From Elusimicrobiales bacterium (GTDB taxonomy: Bacteria; Elusimicrobiota; Elusimicrobia; Elusimicrobiales; UBA9959): DNA of 64,000 bases. Shown here piece by piece: positions 10,424 to 19,993 of this stretch. The stretch lies in assembly GCA_038204165.1 (NCBI GenBank), contig JBBRDG010000001.1, forward strand, positions 11,191 through 75,190, given 5' to 3'. The translations under genes were made by a program, and so were the position numbers. Within the stretch, counting starts at the first letter, position 1. Each line of letters opens with the position of its first letter. Below the pieces are notes generated by a model. It searched no databases, was not told the origin of the DNA, and saw only the letters and a program-made list of their open reading frames with translations.

Positions 10424-11398
10424 TTAGTCTATCTTCATTCCGAGATCGAGGCCCATTTCCTTGAGTTTCTCTTTGATCTCGTCGAGCGATTTCTGCCCGA
10501 AATTCTTCACGCCCAACAGGTCGTCTTCGGACTTGCGGACAAGTTCGCCGATCGTGCGGATGCCGGCGACCTTGAGACAGTTGGAGGCGCGGGAGGAGAG
10601 CTCTATCATCTCTACGCCTTGCTCCAGCTTGCCGGTCATTTCGCCAGCGGGCTCGCTCTTGGCGGCCTCGGCCTTGGCCGGTTCCTTGGCGGCTTCTTCG
10701 GCCGGCAGGAACGGCATAATCGAGCGGCGCAGCAGCGCGGCGGTGTTGGAAACGGCGTCCGAGGGGGTCACGGTGCCGTCTGTCCAGACCTCGAGCACGA
10801 GTTTGTCGTAGTCGGTGCGCTGGCCCACGCGGGCGTTCTCCACGGTATAGTGCACTTTCTGGATCGGCGAGAAGATCGCATCCATCGGGATGAAATCCAT
10901 CGGCAGGTTCATCCTGGCGCGAATCTCTTCCGAAGTGAGATAGCCGGAACCGCGGGCGATCTCGAGCTCGGCTTCGAACTCCGCGCCGGATTCCACGTGC
11001 GCCAGCACGAGATCTTTATTAATAATCTCGACGTTGGCGTTCTCTTTAATATCGGAAGCTTTCACTTCCTTCTTCCCTTTCAGGGAGATCATCACGGTCT
11101 CGGGGCCTTCGCCCTGGAGACGCACGCGCAGTTTCTTCAGATTTAGGACGATGTTTACAACATCTTCCTGCACCCCGTTGATGGCGGCGTATTCGTGCTT
11201 CGCGCCTTTGATGCGCACGGCCACCACGGCCGCGCCTTCAAGGCTGGAGAGCAGGATGCGGCGCAGGGAGTTGCCGATAGTCTGGCCGTAACCCTTTTCG
11301 TAGGGCTCGGCGGTGAACTTGGAGTAATTTTCCGTCTTCGACTTATCGTCTATGTTAAGCGCTTCGGGAATTACCAGCTGTTTTGAGAAAGTGGCCAT
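10424..11398 (-). CDS. rpoA: DNA-directed RNA polymerase subunit alpha
   Basis: 324 aa. GYGQTIGNSLRRILLSS N-terminal domain and C-terminal LSSRASNCLK...GELV (alpha-CTD). Confidence 0.97.
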   Translation of the reverse strand: MATFSKQLVIPEALNIDDKSKTENYSKFTAEPYEKGYGQTIGNSLRRILLSSLEGAAVVAVRIKGAKHEYAAINGVQEDVVNIVLNLKKLRVRLQGEGPETVMISLKGKKEVKASDIKENANVEIINKDLVLAHVESGAEFEAELEIARGSGYLTSEEIRARMNLPMDFIPMDAIFSPIQKVHYTVENARVGQRTDYDKLVLEVWTDGTVTPSDAVSNTAALLRRSIMPFLPAEEAAKEPAKAEAAKSEPAGEMTGKLEQGVEMIELSSRASNCLKVAGIRTIGELVRKSEDDLLGVKNFGQKSLDEIKEKLKEMGLDLGMKID

Positions 11399-11414
11399 TA
11401 GTTAAGAACCTCGC

Positions 11415-12053
11415 TTACTTGGAATAGAATTCAACGATGAGCTGTTCGTCCACGTTGATGCTGGACTCAGCACGGTCGGGCCAGCGCACGAGCTTGCCGG
11501 TCTTGGTCCCCGCGTCCCACGTAATGAAACTGGGGCGATGGGTGGTCTTCTCGGCGTGCTCGAGACCCTGTTTCACGAGAACTATCTCGGAGGTCTTGCC
11601 CGCTATCGTAATCTCGTCGCCGGGCTTGAGCATGGCTGAAGGGATATCAAGGATGCGGCCGTTGACTTTAATGTGGCCGTGGTTGACCAGCTGGCGCGCG
11701 GCCTTCAGCGACACCGCGAAGCCTACGCGGCGCACGATGTTGTCGAGGCGGACTTCCAGTAAGCGCAGCAGCGCGGCGCCGGTCTGGCCCTTTTCCTGGG
11801 AGGCCTTGGTGAAGAAGCGCTTGAACTGCGTTTCGGTCACCTGGGCCGACAGACGGGCTATCTGCTTCTCACGGAGGTGTTTGCCGTAATCGGACATCTT
11901 GTTGGGGCGCTTACCCGAGGAAAAACGCTTGTCTTTCTCGGCCTTCTGGGCGCGGTCAACGAGACAGTTGGTATGGCACTTGGTTCCCTTGAGGAACATC
12001 TTCTGGCTTACTTTTACGCATTTCTTGCAGCTGGGTCCGGTATATCTCGACAT
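11415..12053 (-). CDS. rpsD: 30S ribosomal protein S4
   Basis: 212 aa. MSRYTGPSCKKC, LEVRLDNIVRR and VNHGHIKVNG (S4 domain). Confidence 0.97.
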   Translation of the reverse strand: MSRYTGPSCKKCVKVSQKMFLKGTKCHTNCLVDRAQKAEKDKRFSSGKRPNKMSDYGKHLREKQIARLSAQVTETQFKRFFTKASQEKGQTGAALLRLLEVRLDNIVRRVGFAVSLKAARQLVNHGHIKVNGRILDIPSAMLKPGDEITIAGKTSEIVLVKQGLEHAEKTTHRPSFITWDAGTKTGKLVRWPDRAESSINVDEQLIVEFYSK

Positions 12054-12090
12054 TAATCCTCCAAAAAAATACTAGTGCTAGTTCAGTGGT

Positions 12091-12116
12091 GTGCGCCCGG
12101 CTTTCACCGGGCACGC
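12091..12116 (-). promoter_or_regulatory. hairpin in the rpsK-rpsD spacer
   Basis: About 10-bp stem (gtgcgcccgg / ccgggcacgc, 1 mismatch) with a 6-nt loop. A U7 tract and GGAGG follow before the rpsD ATG. Confidence 0.3.
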
Positions 12117-12126
12117 TCCACGTTCG

Positions 12127-12561
12127 TTAAACTCTGCGCGCCTTAGGGGGCCTGCAGCCGTTGTGCGGAATCGGGGTGATGTCCTTAATGGACACAACGT
12201 GGATGCCGCTCTGGGCTACCGCGCGGATCGCGGTTTCGCGCCCGGGTCCGGGGCCGCTCACCAGAACCATGGCCTGCCTGACGCCGTAATCGGCGGCTTT
12301 GGCGGAAGCCTTGGCTGCGGTGATCTGCGCCGCGAAGGGGGTGCCCTTCTTGGTGCCGCGGAAACCGTTGCCGCCGGAAGTGGACCAGGCTATTACGCCG
12401 CCCTTCTCGTCGGTAAAGGTTATAATGGTGTTATTGAAAGAGCAGTTCACGTACACGCGGGCGAACGCCACGGTCCGGAAGCGGCGCTTGGGCGCGGCCT
12501 TCGTATCGGCTTTTTTCGCCCCTTCGGGAGCGGGCTGCTGGTTTTTGTTTTCTTCTGCCAT
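12127..12561 (-). CDS. rpsK: 30S ribosomal protein S11
   Basis: 144 aa. FNNTIITFTD, GFRGTKKGTPFAAQ and DITPIPHNGCRPPK. Confidence 0.97.
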   Translation of the reverse strand: MAEENKNQQPAPEGAKKADTKAAPKRRFRTVAFARVYVNCSFNNTIITFTDEKGGVIAWSTSGGNGFRGTKKGTPFAAQITAAKASAKAADYGVRQAMVLVSGPGPGRETAIRAVAQSGIHVVSIKDITPIPHNGCRPPKARRV

Positions 12562-12618
12562 AATTTAGATCATCCTCTCTTGATTTTCCCCGCCCCCGAG
12601 CCGGGAGCGGATTCGCCT

Positions 12619-13017
12619 CTACGCCTTCGGGGCGGCGGCGGCCGCTTTACCCGATGACCCCACGGTCCGTCTGCGGCCGCGGCGGGTGCGGGCGTTAGTG
12701 CGGGTGCGCTGTCCGCGCGCCGGCAGGTTCCTGCGGTGGCGGTAGCCGCGGTAGCTGTTGATTTCAACGTACCGCTTGATATTGGCGGTGATTTCCCTGC
12801 GGAGTTCACCTTCTACCTTGTACTCCTTTGCGATCACGGAGTTAAGGAGCCCGATCTGGTCCTCGGTGAGGTCCTTTACCTTGAGGTCGGGGCTGACCTG
12901 GGCGCTGATGCCGGCCAGGATCTTCGTGGCCATAGGGCGCCCTATGCCGAACACATAAGACAAAGCTATGCTGATTTTTTTATCTTTGGGTAAATCCACA
13001 CCTGCTATACGTGCCAT
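12619..13017 (-). CDS. rpsM: 30S ribosomal protein S13
   Basis: 132 aa. [34 protein letters not shown]. Confidence 0.97.
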   Translation of the reverse strand: MARIAGVDLPKDKKISIALSYVFGIGRPMATKILAGISAQVSPDLKVKDLTEDQIGLLNSVIAKEYKVEGELRREITANIKRYVEINSYRGYRHRRNLPARGQRTRTNARTRRGRRRTVGSSGKAAAAAPKA

Positions 13018-13045
13018 ACTTTCTCCTTGGAATACTTTGGTAATC

Positions 13046-13073
13046 GGTCACCGGCGGCGGGCCGCCGGTCACG
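13046..13073 (-). promoter_or_regulatory. GC-rich hairpin in the rpmJ-rpsM spacer
   Basis: ACCGGCGG cggg CCGCCGGT core, extended by 2 further pairs past one mismatch. Confidence 0.3.
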
Positions 13074-13079
13074 GTAATT

Positions 13080-13193
13080 TTATCCCTGGCGCTGCTTGTG
13101 GCGGGGGTCGTCGCATATTACGCGGACCACGCCCTTGCGCTTTACGATCTTGCACTTAACGCAAATTTTCTTAACGCTGGCTCTTACTTTCAT
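13080..13193 (-). CDS. rpmJ: 50S ribosomal protein L36
   Basis: Not in the ORF track (too short). Own translation gives [37 protein letters not shown] (37 aa), between infA and rpsM as expected. Confidence 0.93.
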   Translation of the reverse strand: MKVRASVKKICVKCKIVKRKGVVRVICDDPRHKQRQG

Positions 13194-13207
13194 TGAAGCA
13201 CCTCTGT

Positions 13208-13429
13208 TTATTTTCCCCTGTAAACAATACGGCCCTTGCTGAGATCGTAGGGCGACAGTTCCATCTTAACTTTATCGCCGGGGAGTATTTTAATATGGTG
13301 TATCCGCATCTTGCCCGAAATGATGCCGAGGATAGTTTTGCCGGGGGCGATTTCAACCTTAAAAGTCGCGTTAGGCAGGGACTCTTTTACGACTCCCTCA
13401 ATCTCTATTTTTTCACTGTTTTCTGACAT
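13208..13429 (-). CDS. infA: translation initiation factor IF-1
   Basis: 73 aa. [16 protein letters not shown]...[33 protein letters not shown]. Confidence 0.97.
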   Translation of the reverse strand: MSENSEKIEIEGVVKESLPNATFKVEIAPGKTILGIISGKMRIHHIKILPGDKVKMELSPYDLSKGRIVYRGK

Positions 13430-13437
13430 ATTTATAT

Positions 13438-13446
13438 ATTATACAA
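13438..13446 (-). promoter_or_regulatory. possible internal promoter for infA (TTTTTGTATAAT)
   Basis: TATAAT lies 8 nt upstream of the infA ATG, inside the 94-nt map-infA spacer. Confidence 0.3.
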
Positions 13447-13523
13447 AAATAACGCCGCTAAAGGGCCGGATAGTTTCCGGCGCCCCTCGGCCCTGAAGAC
13501 TTTCACGTCGGAGCTGACTGCTT

Positions 13524-14294
13524 CTAAATCTTTCTAACGCCCTGATTTACCGCGCTCAGGATATCGCACCCATCCTCGGTAACCGCGACGGTATGCTCGT
13601 AATGCGCCGCCAGGCTGCCGTCCGCAGAAACCGCGGTCCAACCGTCGTCTTTTACTATCACTTCCGCGCGGCCCAGACACAGCATCGGCTCTATTGCCAG
13701 CGTCATCCCCACCCTGAGCACCGGCCCGGTGCCGGCTTTCCCGTAGTTCGGGATAGAGGGATCTTCGTGCAGGTGCCGGCCTATACCGTGCCCTGTAAAT
13801 TCCTTTACCACCGCCATGCCCTGGGCTTCAGCGTATTTCTGCACGGCGTGGGAAACGTCGCCCAACCTGGCTCCCGCCCTGACCTCGGAAAGCGCGACCT
13901 CGAGAGAGCGCTTGGTCACGTCCATCAGGCGCTGAGCGGACCCCTTGATCTTGCCCGCGGCCGCCGTGAGAGCGGCGTCGCCGTAAAAACCTTCGCATAT
14001 CGCGCCCATATCGAGGCTGACGATATCCCCTTCCTTTATAATCCGCTTGGGGCTCGGAATGCCGTGAACGATCTCTTCGTTTATGGACACACACAACGTC
14101 GCGGGATAACCCCGGTAGCCCAGAAAGGCCGGCACCGCGCCCAGTTCCCGGACCCGCCGCTCGGCGAAACTGTCCAGCTCGGCGGTAGACACTCCAGGCC
14201 TGACCAGCGGTTCGAGCTCAGCGAGCACTTCCGCCACTACGCGCGACGCCTTGCGCATACTCTCTATTTCCGCGGGCGTCTTGATCTCTATCAC
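13524..14294 (-). CDS. map: type I methionine aminopeptidase
   Basis: 256 aa. DIVSLDMG, FTGHGIG, LAIEPM and HYEHTVAVT metal-ligand motifs. Confidence 0.95.
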   Translation of the reverse strand: MIEIKTPAEIESMRKASRVVAEVLAELEPLVRPGVSTAELDSFAERRVRELGAVPAFLGYRGYPATLCVSINEEIVHGIPSPKRIIKEGDIVSLDMGAICEGFYGDAALTAAAGKIKGSAQRLMDVTKRSLEVALSEVRAGARLGDVSHAVQKYAEAQGMAVVKEFTGHGIGRHLHEDPSIPNYGKAGTGPVLRVGMTLAIEPMLCLGRAEVIVKDDGWTAVSADGSLAAHYEHTVAVTEDGCDILSAVNQGVRKI

Positions 14295-14932
14295 TTGCCG
14301 GCCAGCATAACGGAAAGTCCTTCCGCTACCGCCTCGGGAGCCTTGGAAGCGTCCACCTTATGGAAGACGCCGGATGAACGGTAATAGGCCAGCAGCGGCT
14401 CGGTCTGGTCTTTGTAAACCTGTATGCGCCTGGCGATGACTTCGGCCTTGTCGTCCTCGCGCGTCATCAGCGGCTTGCCGCAGACGTCGCAGACGTTCTC
14501 TTTGGCGGGCGGATTAGAAATAGTGTTATAGATCTTGCCGCAGCCGGTGCAGGTACGCCGCGAGCCCAGACGGGCGGCCACATCGGCTTCGGGCACGTCC
14601 AGGAAAATCACTGAATCTATCGCCTGCTTGCGGGACTCGAACCAGGAATCCAGGCCCTCGGCCTGTTCCACCGTCCGGGGGAAACCGTCGAAAAGCAGAC
14701 CGCGCGTTTCCGTGCTCAGCCTGGCCTTCAGCACTTCCAAAACCAGCCTGTCGGGGACTAGGCGTCCGGCGGAAATATAGCCGGAGACTTCCTGGCCGAG
14801 CGGGCTTTTTTTAGCCAGCTCCTCGCGGAAGATATCACCGGTGGAAACGTGGAAAAGCCCTAGCTTCTGAGAAAGGACCTTTGCCTGCGTTCCCTTACCG
14901 GAACCAGGGTAACCCAATAAAATAATATTCAT
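14291..14932 (-). CDS. adk: adenylate kinase (zinc-lid type)
   Basis: 213 aa. P-loop LLGYPGSGKGTQA. Lid CTGCGKIY...CDVCG. Confidence 0.96.
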   Translation of the reverse strand: MNIILLGYPGSGKGTQAKVLSQKLGLFHVSTGDIFREELAKKSPLGQEVSGYISAGRLVPDRLVLEVLKARLSTETRGLLFDGFPRTVEQAEGLDSWFESRKQAIDSVIFLDVPEADVAARLGSRRTCTGCGKIYNTISNPPAKENVCDVCGKPLMTREDDKAEVIARRIQVYKDQTEPLLAYYRSSGVFHKVDASKAPEAVAEGLSVMLAGK

Positions 14933-14971
14933 AACTTTAGTGAACTTACGCGGCCGCTTCCAATGCCGGGC

Positions 14972-16300
14972 TTACTGCCCGACGTTGAACCAGCGGCCCT
15001 TAATCCTGGAATTTTTATAAAAGCCCTCGTAGTTGCGCATCACGAGATGAGCTTCGGTCTGGGCTATAGTGTCCAGTGCCACGCCCACCACAATCAGCAA
15101 CGAGGTGCCGCCGAAATAAAAAGGCACGTTGAACTTGGCGCGCAGGTAGTCGGGGAGCACCGCGATCAGCGACACGAACAGCGCGCCGCCGAGCGTAATC
15201 CTGTTGAGCACCCACTCTATATGGTTGGCCGTAGGCTCGCCCGGGCGTATACCGGGGATAAATCCGCCCCACTTCTTCATGTTCTCCGCCAGGTCCTTCG
15301 GGTTGATGCTTACCGAATTATAGAAATAGCAGAAGAAGACGATCAGCGCTACGTAAATCAGCTGGTAAAGGATGCTCGAGTGATTCATTACCGCCATCAG
15401 TTTCTGCGCCCACGGGGCCCCGGGGTTGAAAGATCCGATAGTATAAGGAACACTCAGGAGCGATACCGCGAAGATGACCGCAATAACGCCGGACTGATCA
15501 ACCTTCAGGGGCAGGAACGTGGAGGCGCCACCGTACATCTTGCGGCCCACCATGCGCTGCGCGTACTGCACGGGAATCTTCCGCTGCGCGGTCTCAACCC
15601 AGATGACGAAGGCGACGATGAGCAGCACCATTGCCAGGATCAGAATGCCCGAAAGCAGGCTGATTTCGTCTATCTGTATCAATTTTATCATGTTCATAAC
15701 GGCGCTGGGGAGCGCCCCTACTATGCCGGCGAAAATGATAAGGGAGATACCATTGCCTATGCCGCGCTCGGTTATCTGCTCGCCCAGCCACATCACAAAG
15801 ATGGTGCCGGTGACCAGCGTGAGAACGGTTACGAAGTAGAACGCGAACGTCGGGTTGCTGACGATATTTGGCCCGCCGTTGGAACCCATCTTGGTCAGGG
15901 CTATCGTAAGACCCAGCGACTGGAAAGCCGCCAGAAAGAGCGTGAACACGCGGGTGAACTGCGTGATTTTCTTGCGGCCGCTCTCGCCTTCTTTCTGCAG
16001 CCGGTCCAGCACAGGGAACACGTGAGCGCCCTGCACCAGGCTCATGATGATGGAGGCGTTGATGTACGGCATCACGCCCATAGAGAAGATCGAGAACCTG
16101 CCGAGCGCGCCGCCCGAGAAGATATCGAGGAAACCGAGGATGGACCCTTTCTGGGACTCGAACAGGGCCGTCAGCGCCGCGGTATTAATACCCGGTATGG
16201 GTATAGTAGCGCCCAGGCGGTAAACCGCCAGAGCGCCGAGCACGAAGAATATCCGTTTCTTAAGATCTTGGATCTTAAAAATGTCGGTTATCTGTTGCAT
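14972..16300 (-). CDS. secY: preprotein translocase subunit SecY
   Basis: 442 aa, 10 TM. LGALAVYRLGATIPIPGIN and GMGVMPYINASIIM. Confidence 0.97.
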   Translation of the reverse strand: MQQITDIFKIQDLKKRIFFVLGALAVYRLGATIPIPGINTAALTALFESQKGSILGFLDIFSGGALGRFSIFSMGVMPYINASIIMSLVQGAHVFPVLDRLQKEGESGRKKITQFTRVFTLFLAAFQSLGLTIALTKMGSNGGPNIVSNPTFAFYFVTVLTLVTGTIFVMWLGEQITERGIGNGISLIIFAGIVGALPSAVMNMIKLIQIDEISLLSGILILAMVLLIVAFVIWVETAQRKIPVQYAQRMVGRKMYGGASTFLPLKVDQSGVIAVIFAVSLLSVPYTIGSFNPGAPWAQKLMAVMNHSSILYQLIYVALIVFFCYFYNSVSINPKDLAENMKKWGGFIPGIRPGEPTANHIEWVLNRITLGGALFVSLIAVLPDYLRAKFNVPFYFGGTSLLIVVGVALDTIAQTEAHLVMRNYEGFYKNSRIKGRWFNVGQ

Positions 16301-16848
16301 TATTTTTTATCCGTTTTCTTAGCGTTCTTGGCGTTCTTTTTGGCGAGCTTCTTGGCGGCGTCCTTCGCAACCACTGCAGCGGCCTTAGCGCCTTCGGCGG
16401 TAATCACAAGGATGGCCTTGCCGCCGGCTTTTTCTATCTTTTCCTTGGCGGAAGCCGAGAAGCCGTGCGCGGAAACGTTCATGGCTTTGGTCAGTTCGCC
16501 GTTACCGAGGATCTTCACCCGGTCGGAGTGCTTCACCACGCGGCACTTCACAAGGGCCTCGGGGTTAACTTCCGCGCCGGCCTTAAAATTCTTCTCAAGG
16601 GAGGAGATGTTGACCCACTCGAACCTGTTCTGGAAGCGCTTGTTGCTGAAGCCGCTCTTGGGGATGCGGCGGAGCAGCGGCATCTGGCCGCCTTCGAAAC
16701 CGACGCGCTTGGTGCCGCCGGAAGTGGAGCCCTGGCCTTTCTGGCCGCGGGTCGAGGTCTGGCCGTGACCAGAGCCCTGTCCGGTGCCGAGGCGCTTGGG
16801 TCTGTGGGTAGAGCCCGGCTTAGGTTTAAGATTATTCAGTCCGACCAT
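16300..16848 (-). CDS. rplO: 50S ribosomal protein L15 with a Lys/Ala-rich C-terminal tail of about 35 aa
   Basis: 182 aa. N-terminal GTGQGSGHGQTSTRGQKGQ, then an L15 body, then the tail AKAAAVVAKDAAKKLAKKNAKNAKKTDKK. Confidence 0.93.
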   Translation of the reverse strand: MVGLNNLKPKPGSTHRPKRLGTGQGSGHGQTSTRGQKGQGSTSGGTKRVGFEGGQMPLLRRIPKSGFSNKRFQNRFEWVNISSLEKNFKAGAEVNPEALVKCRVVKHSDRVKILGNGELTKAMNVSAHGFSASAKEKIEKAGGKAILVITAEGAKAAAVVAKDAAKKLAKKNAKNAKKTDKK

Positions 16849-16896
16849 AGTGTTTCTCCTGTTACTGTAGAATCGTCAGCGGATATGCGGCGGGGT

Positions 16897-17460
16897 TTAT
16901 TCCGCCCGGCCGCGGATCTTCATTACTTCTTCTCTGCTCTTGAGCCTTTTAAGTGCGTCAAGGGTGGCATAAACCGTGTTGAACGCGTTGCGGCTGCCGA
17001 GGTTCTTGGTGAGGATGTTCTTAACGCCGCTGGCTTCGAGCACGGCGCGCACGCCGCCGCCGGCGATCAGGCCGGTGCCGCCCACGGCGGGCTTCAACCA
17101 GACCTTACCCGCGCCGAAGTGGCCTTCTATTTCGTGCGGTATCGTGAAATTAATCAGCGGGAACTGGAACATTTCCTTGCGGGCGCCGGCGGTACCTTTC
17201 TGGATGGCCGACTGCACCTCGTTGGACTTGCCAAGGCCCACGCCTACTTTGCCGTTGTTGTCGCCCACGACTACAAGAGCGTTGAAGGAGAAGCGCTTGC
17301 CGCCCTTAACGACCTTGGTGACGCGGTTGACCACCACGGTGACCACTTTTTCTTCCTGCGCGTTCGTCAGGTCGAGTTCCATGGCCTCGCCGGGGTTCTT
17401 GGGGCCGCCCTGGGCGTTGAGTTCTTTGCTGGTTTTAAGCTGTTTCTGGTTTCTGAGCAT
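16897..17460 (-). CDS. rpsE: 30S ribosomal protein S5
   Basis: 187 aa. [26 protein letters not shown] and [15 protein letters not shown]. Confidence 0.97.
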   Translation of the reverse strand: MLRNQKQLKTSKELNAQGGPKNPGEAMELDLTNAQEEKVVTVVVNRVTKVVKGGKRFSFNALVVVGDNNGKVGVGLGKSNEVQSAIQKGTAGARKEMFQFPLINFTIPHEIEGHFGAGKVWLKPAVGGTGLIAGGGVRAVLEASGVKNILTKNLGSRNAFNTVYATLDALKRLKSREEVMKIRGRAE

Positions 17461-17474
17461 GTTTAGCTTCTCCC

Positions 17475-17837
17475 TTAGAATTTAAGACCGGCTTCGCGCG
17501 CGCCGTCGGCAACGGCTTTTACGCGGCCATGGTATATCCTGCCGCCGCGGTCGAAACAAACCGAAGTTATGCCGCCGGCGATGGCGCGCTTGGCCAGGAG
17601 GGCTCCCACCTGCTTGGCGGAGTCAATGCTCTTGCCTGATTTGAACTTACCCTTAAGTTCTTTCTCCAGGCTGGAGGCCGCAACCAACGTCGCGCCCTTC
17701 ACGTCGTCGACGACCTGGGCGTAGATGTACTTGGTGCCGCGGTAAACACTCAGCCTGGGCAGTTTAATGCCGTTCTGGAACAGTTTGTTCCTTGAGCGGA
17801 CCTTGCGGAATTCGTAGCGTTCCTGTTTGCTTATCAT
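17475..17837 (-). CDS. rplR: 50S ribosomal protein L18
   Basis: 120 aa. [18 protein letters not shown] and [26 protein letters not shown]. Confidence 0.97.
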   Translation of the reverse strand: MISKQERYEFRKVRSRNKLFQNGIKLPRLSVYRGTKYIYAQVVDDVKGATLVAASSLEKELKGKFKSGKSIDSAKQVGALLAKRAIAGGITSVCFDRGGRIYHGRVKAVADGAREAGLKF

Positions 17838-17849
17838 ATTATTTCTCCG

Positions 17850-18425
17850 TTATTTCTTGGCTGCGCCACCCGAGCTGGCTCCCGCTCCGGCGGCGGTCTT
17901 GCCGGCCTTGCGGATTATGTGTTCGCCCTGGTACTTAATGCCGGTGCCCTTGTAAGGTTCCGGCGGTTTTACCCTCTTTATCTGGGCTGCCAGGTTGCCA
18001 ACAACTTCCCGGTCTATGCCCTTGATCGTGAGGACGACCTGCTTGGGGTCGAAAGACATCTTTATGCCCGCCGGTATGTCTATAAGGACGGGGTGAGAGA
18101 AGCCGAGCTGCATGGAGACCCGGTTGCCTTCAACCGCGCCTTTGAAACCCACGCCGCTGATCTCGAGTATTTTCTCAAATTCCTTGGTGACGCCGGACAC
18201 CATGTTATTGATGCGCGCCCGTGAGGTACCGAAAAGCGCGGCTTTGTCGGTCGCGCCCTGCGCGATGCTGACATTGATTTTAGAGTCTTTCACTTCCGCG
18301 TTTATGCCGTCGGGCAGCGCGAAAGAGAGTTTGCCGAGGGGCCCTTCAACGCGGACGTTCCTGCCGTCCACTATAGCTTTTACCTTTTCCGGAAGTATTA
18401 CCGGCATTTTTCCAATTCTGCTCAT
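17850..18425 (-). CDS. rplF: 50S ribosomal protein L6
   Basis: 191 aa. MSRIGKMPV, GVGFKG and PEPYKGTGIKY. Confidence 0.97.
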   Translation of the reverse strand: MSRIGKMPVILPEKVKAIVDGRNVRVEGPLGKLSFALPDGINAEVKDSKINVSIAQGATDKAALFGTSRARINNMVSGVTKEFEKILEISGVGFKGAVEGNRVSMQLGFSHPVLIDIPAGIKMSFDPKQVVLTIKGIDREVVGNLAAQIKRVKPPEPYKGTGIKYQGEHIIRKAGKTAAGAGASSGGAAKK

Positions 18426-18481
18426 GTTTTTACCTCTTAAATTAACTTTCTGCGTTTGCGCGACTGCGTAATTCTATTCTA

Positions 18482-18889
18482 TTACCAGACCTGGCAGAGG
18501 ACTTCCCCGCCGAGCTTCTGCTTCTTCGCCTCGGCATCGGTCAGCAGACCTTTAGAGGTGGACACGATCGTAACGCCGAAGGCGGCGCGCACGTGCGGCA
18601 TCTCGTCGTGGGGTCTGTAGATGCGCAGACCGGGCTTGGACACGCGGCGCAGGCCGTTGATGACGGGCTGTTTATCCGCGGTGTACTTCAGCGTGATGCG
18701 GATCACGCCGCGCCTGTCGATGGTCTTGTCCAGCTTGGGATCAAGCACCTTAAAATTGGAAACGAAGCCCTCGTCCTTTAACACCTTGACGAGGCCGGCC
18801 TTTATACCGGAGAAAGGCACGTCCACCCGCTCTTTCTTCTTGGTAGTAGCGTTCTTTATCGCGCACAACATGTTAGCTATGGGATCCAT
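18482..18889 (-). CDS. rpsH: 30S ribosomal protein S8
   Basis: 135 aa. MDPIANMLCAIKNA and GVTIVSTSKGLLTD...GGEVLCQVW. Confidence 0.97.
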   Translation of the reverse strand: MDPIANMLCAIKNATTKKKERVDVPFSGIKAGLVKVLKDEGFVSNFKVLDPKLDKTIDRRGVIRITLKYTADKQPVINGLRRVSKPGLRIYRPHDEMPHVRAAFGVTIVSTSKGLLTDAEAKKQKLGGEVLCQVW

Positions 18890-18918
18890 CTTTTCTCTCC
18901 TTCAAAACCGCTATATTG

Positions 18919-18955
18919 AATAGTTCCAGCAAATCGCGGGGGCCTCGGAACTATT
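18919..18955 (-). promoter_or_regulatory. hairpin in the rpsZ-rpsH spacer (candidate r-protein autoregulatory structure)
   Basis: 9-bp inverted repeat AATAGTTCC (18919-18927) / GGAACTATT (18947-18955) with a 19-nt loop, about 30 nt upstream of the rpsH start. Confidence 0.3.
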
Positions 18956-18987
18956 GTACTGCTGGCCATCCGCCGTTAACCAGCTGT

Positions 18988-19173
18988 TTACCAGCTGGAT
19001 TTCCGCAGGCCGGGGATCAGGCCTTCGTGGGCCATTTTCCTGAGGCATATTCTGCAAAGGCCGAAGTCGCGGTAGTAGCCGCGGGGCCTGCCGCAAATCT
19101 GGCAGCGGTTCCGGAAGCGCGTAGAGAACTTCTGGGGTTTGCGCATCTTCGCCATCCAAGCGTATGTAGCCAT
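18988..19173 (-). CDS. rpsZ: 30S ribosomal protein S14 type Z (zinc-binding)
   Basis: 61 aa. [22 protein letters not shown], i.e. CxxC...CxxC. Confidence 0.96.
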   Translation of the reverse strand: MATYAWMAKMRKPQKFSTRFRNRCQICGRPRGYYRDFGLCRICLRKMAHEGLIPGLRKSSW

Positions 19174-19244
19174 TTCTTTCTCCTCTGTTTGTCCAAATCT
19201 AAGTACCGAACCGTCCTGCGGGCCCGAGGGTCCGCGGCGGGTGC

Positions 19245-19979
19245 TTAGGCCTTCTTGACCTTAGGCTCTTCCGGCTTCTTGAAAGGCATGCCCATATGCT
19301 CAAGCAGCGCCTTGCCTTCTTTGTCGTCCGCAGCGGAGGTCACGAACGTGATGTTCATGCCGCGGGGCTTCGGGGACTTCTCCATGTTAACCTCGGGGAA
19401 TACGTGATGTTCCTTAAGGCCGATGTTCAGGTTGCCGTGCCCGTCGAAAAGGCGGGGATCGAAACCCTGAAAGTCGCGCATGCGGGGCACCGACAGGGAA
19501 ACAAAACGGTCAAAGAACTCGTACATGCGGGACCCGTGCAGCGTAACGCGCACGGCTATCGGCATGCCTTCGCGGAGCTTGAAGTTCGAAATGGACTTCT
19601 TCGCGCGGCGAATCTGCGGCGCCTGGCCGGCTATAGCGGCAAGGTCGTCCTTGGCCAGGTCGATGGCCTGGATGTTCTCCTTGGCCTCGCTGACGCCGAT
19701 GTTGATCACTACCTTTGTTAACTTCGGGGCAGCCATCGGGGATTTAAGGTTAAATTCCTTCATCAGCGCGGGGCGCACGGTGGAGAGATACGCGTCGTTC
19801 AGGCGTACCTTGTAGCCCTTGGGCATCGGGGCAACCGGGCCTTTGGGAACGTCGGCTATCTGGAACTTGGCAGCCTGCTCTTTATTCTTGGCCTTGTGCT
19901 GTTCCTTATTAACCTGCTCCTTCTTTGCGTCTTTAGGAGCGTGCTCTTTTTTCAGATCTTTGGGTGTTTCCTTCGCCAT
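19245..19979 (-). CDS. rplE: 50S ribosomal protein L5 with a Lys/Glu-rich N-terminal extension of about 52 aa
   Basis: 244 aa. The L5 body starts near [23 protein letters not shown]. The first ATG has a GAGG SD and lies 14 nt after rplX. The internal ATG at 19826 has no SD. Confidence 0.9.
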   Translation of the reverse strand: MAKETPKDLKKEHAPKDAKKEQVNKEQHKAKNKEQAAKFQIADVPKGPVAPMPKGYKVRLNDAYLSTVRPALMKEFNLKSPMAAPKLTKVVINIGVSEAKENIQAIDLAKDDLAAIAGQAPQIRRAKKSISNFKLREGMPIAVRVTLHGSRMYEFFDRFVSLSVPRMRDFQGFDPRLFDGHGNLNIGLKEHHVFPEVNMEKSPKPRGMNITFVTSAADDKEGKALLEHMGMPFKKPEEPKVKKA

Positions 19980-19993
19980 TATAAATTACCTCT

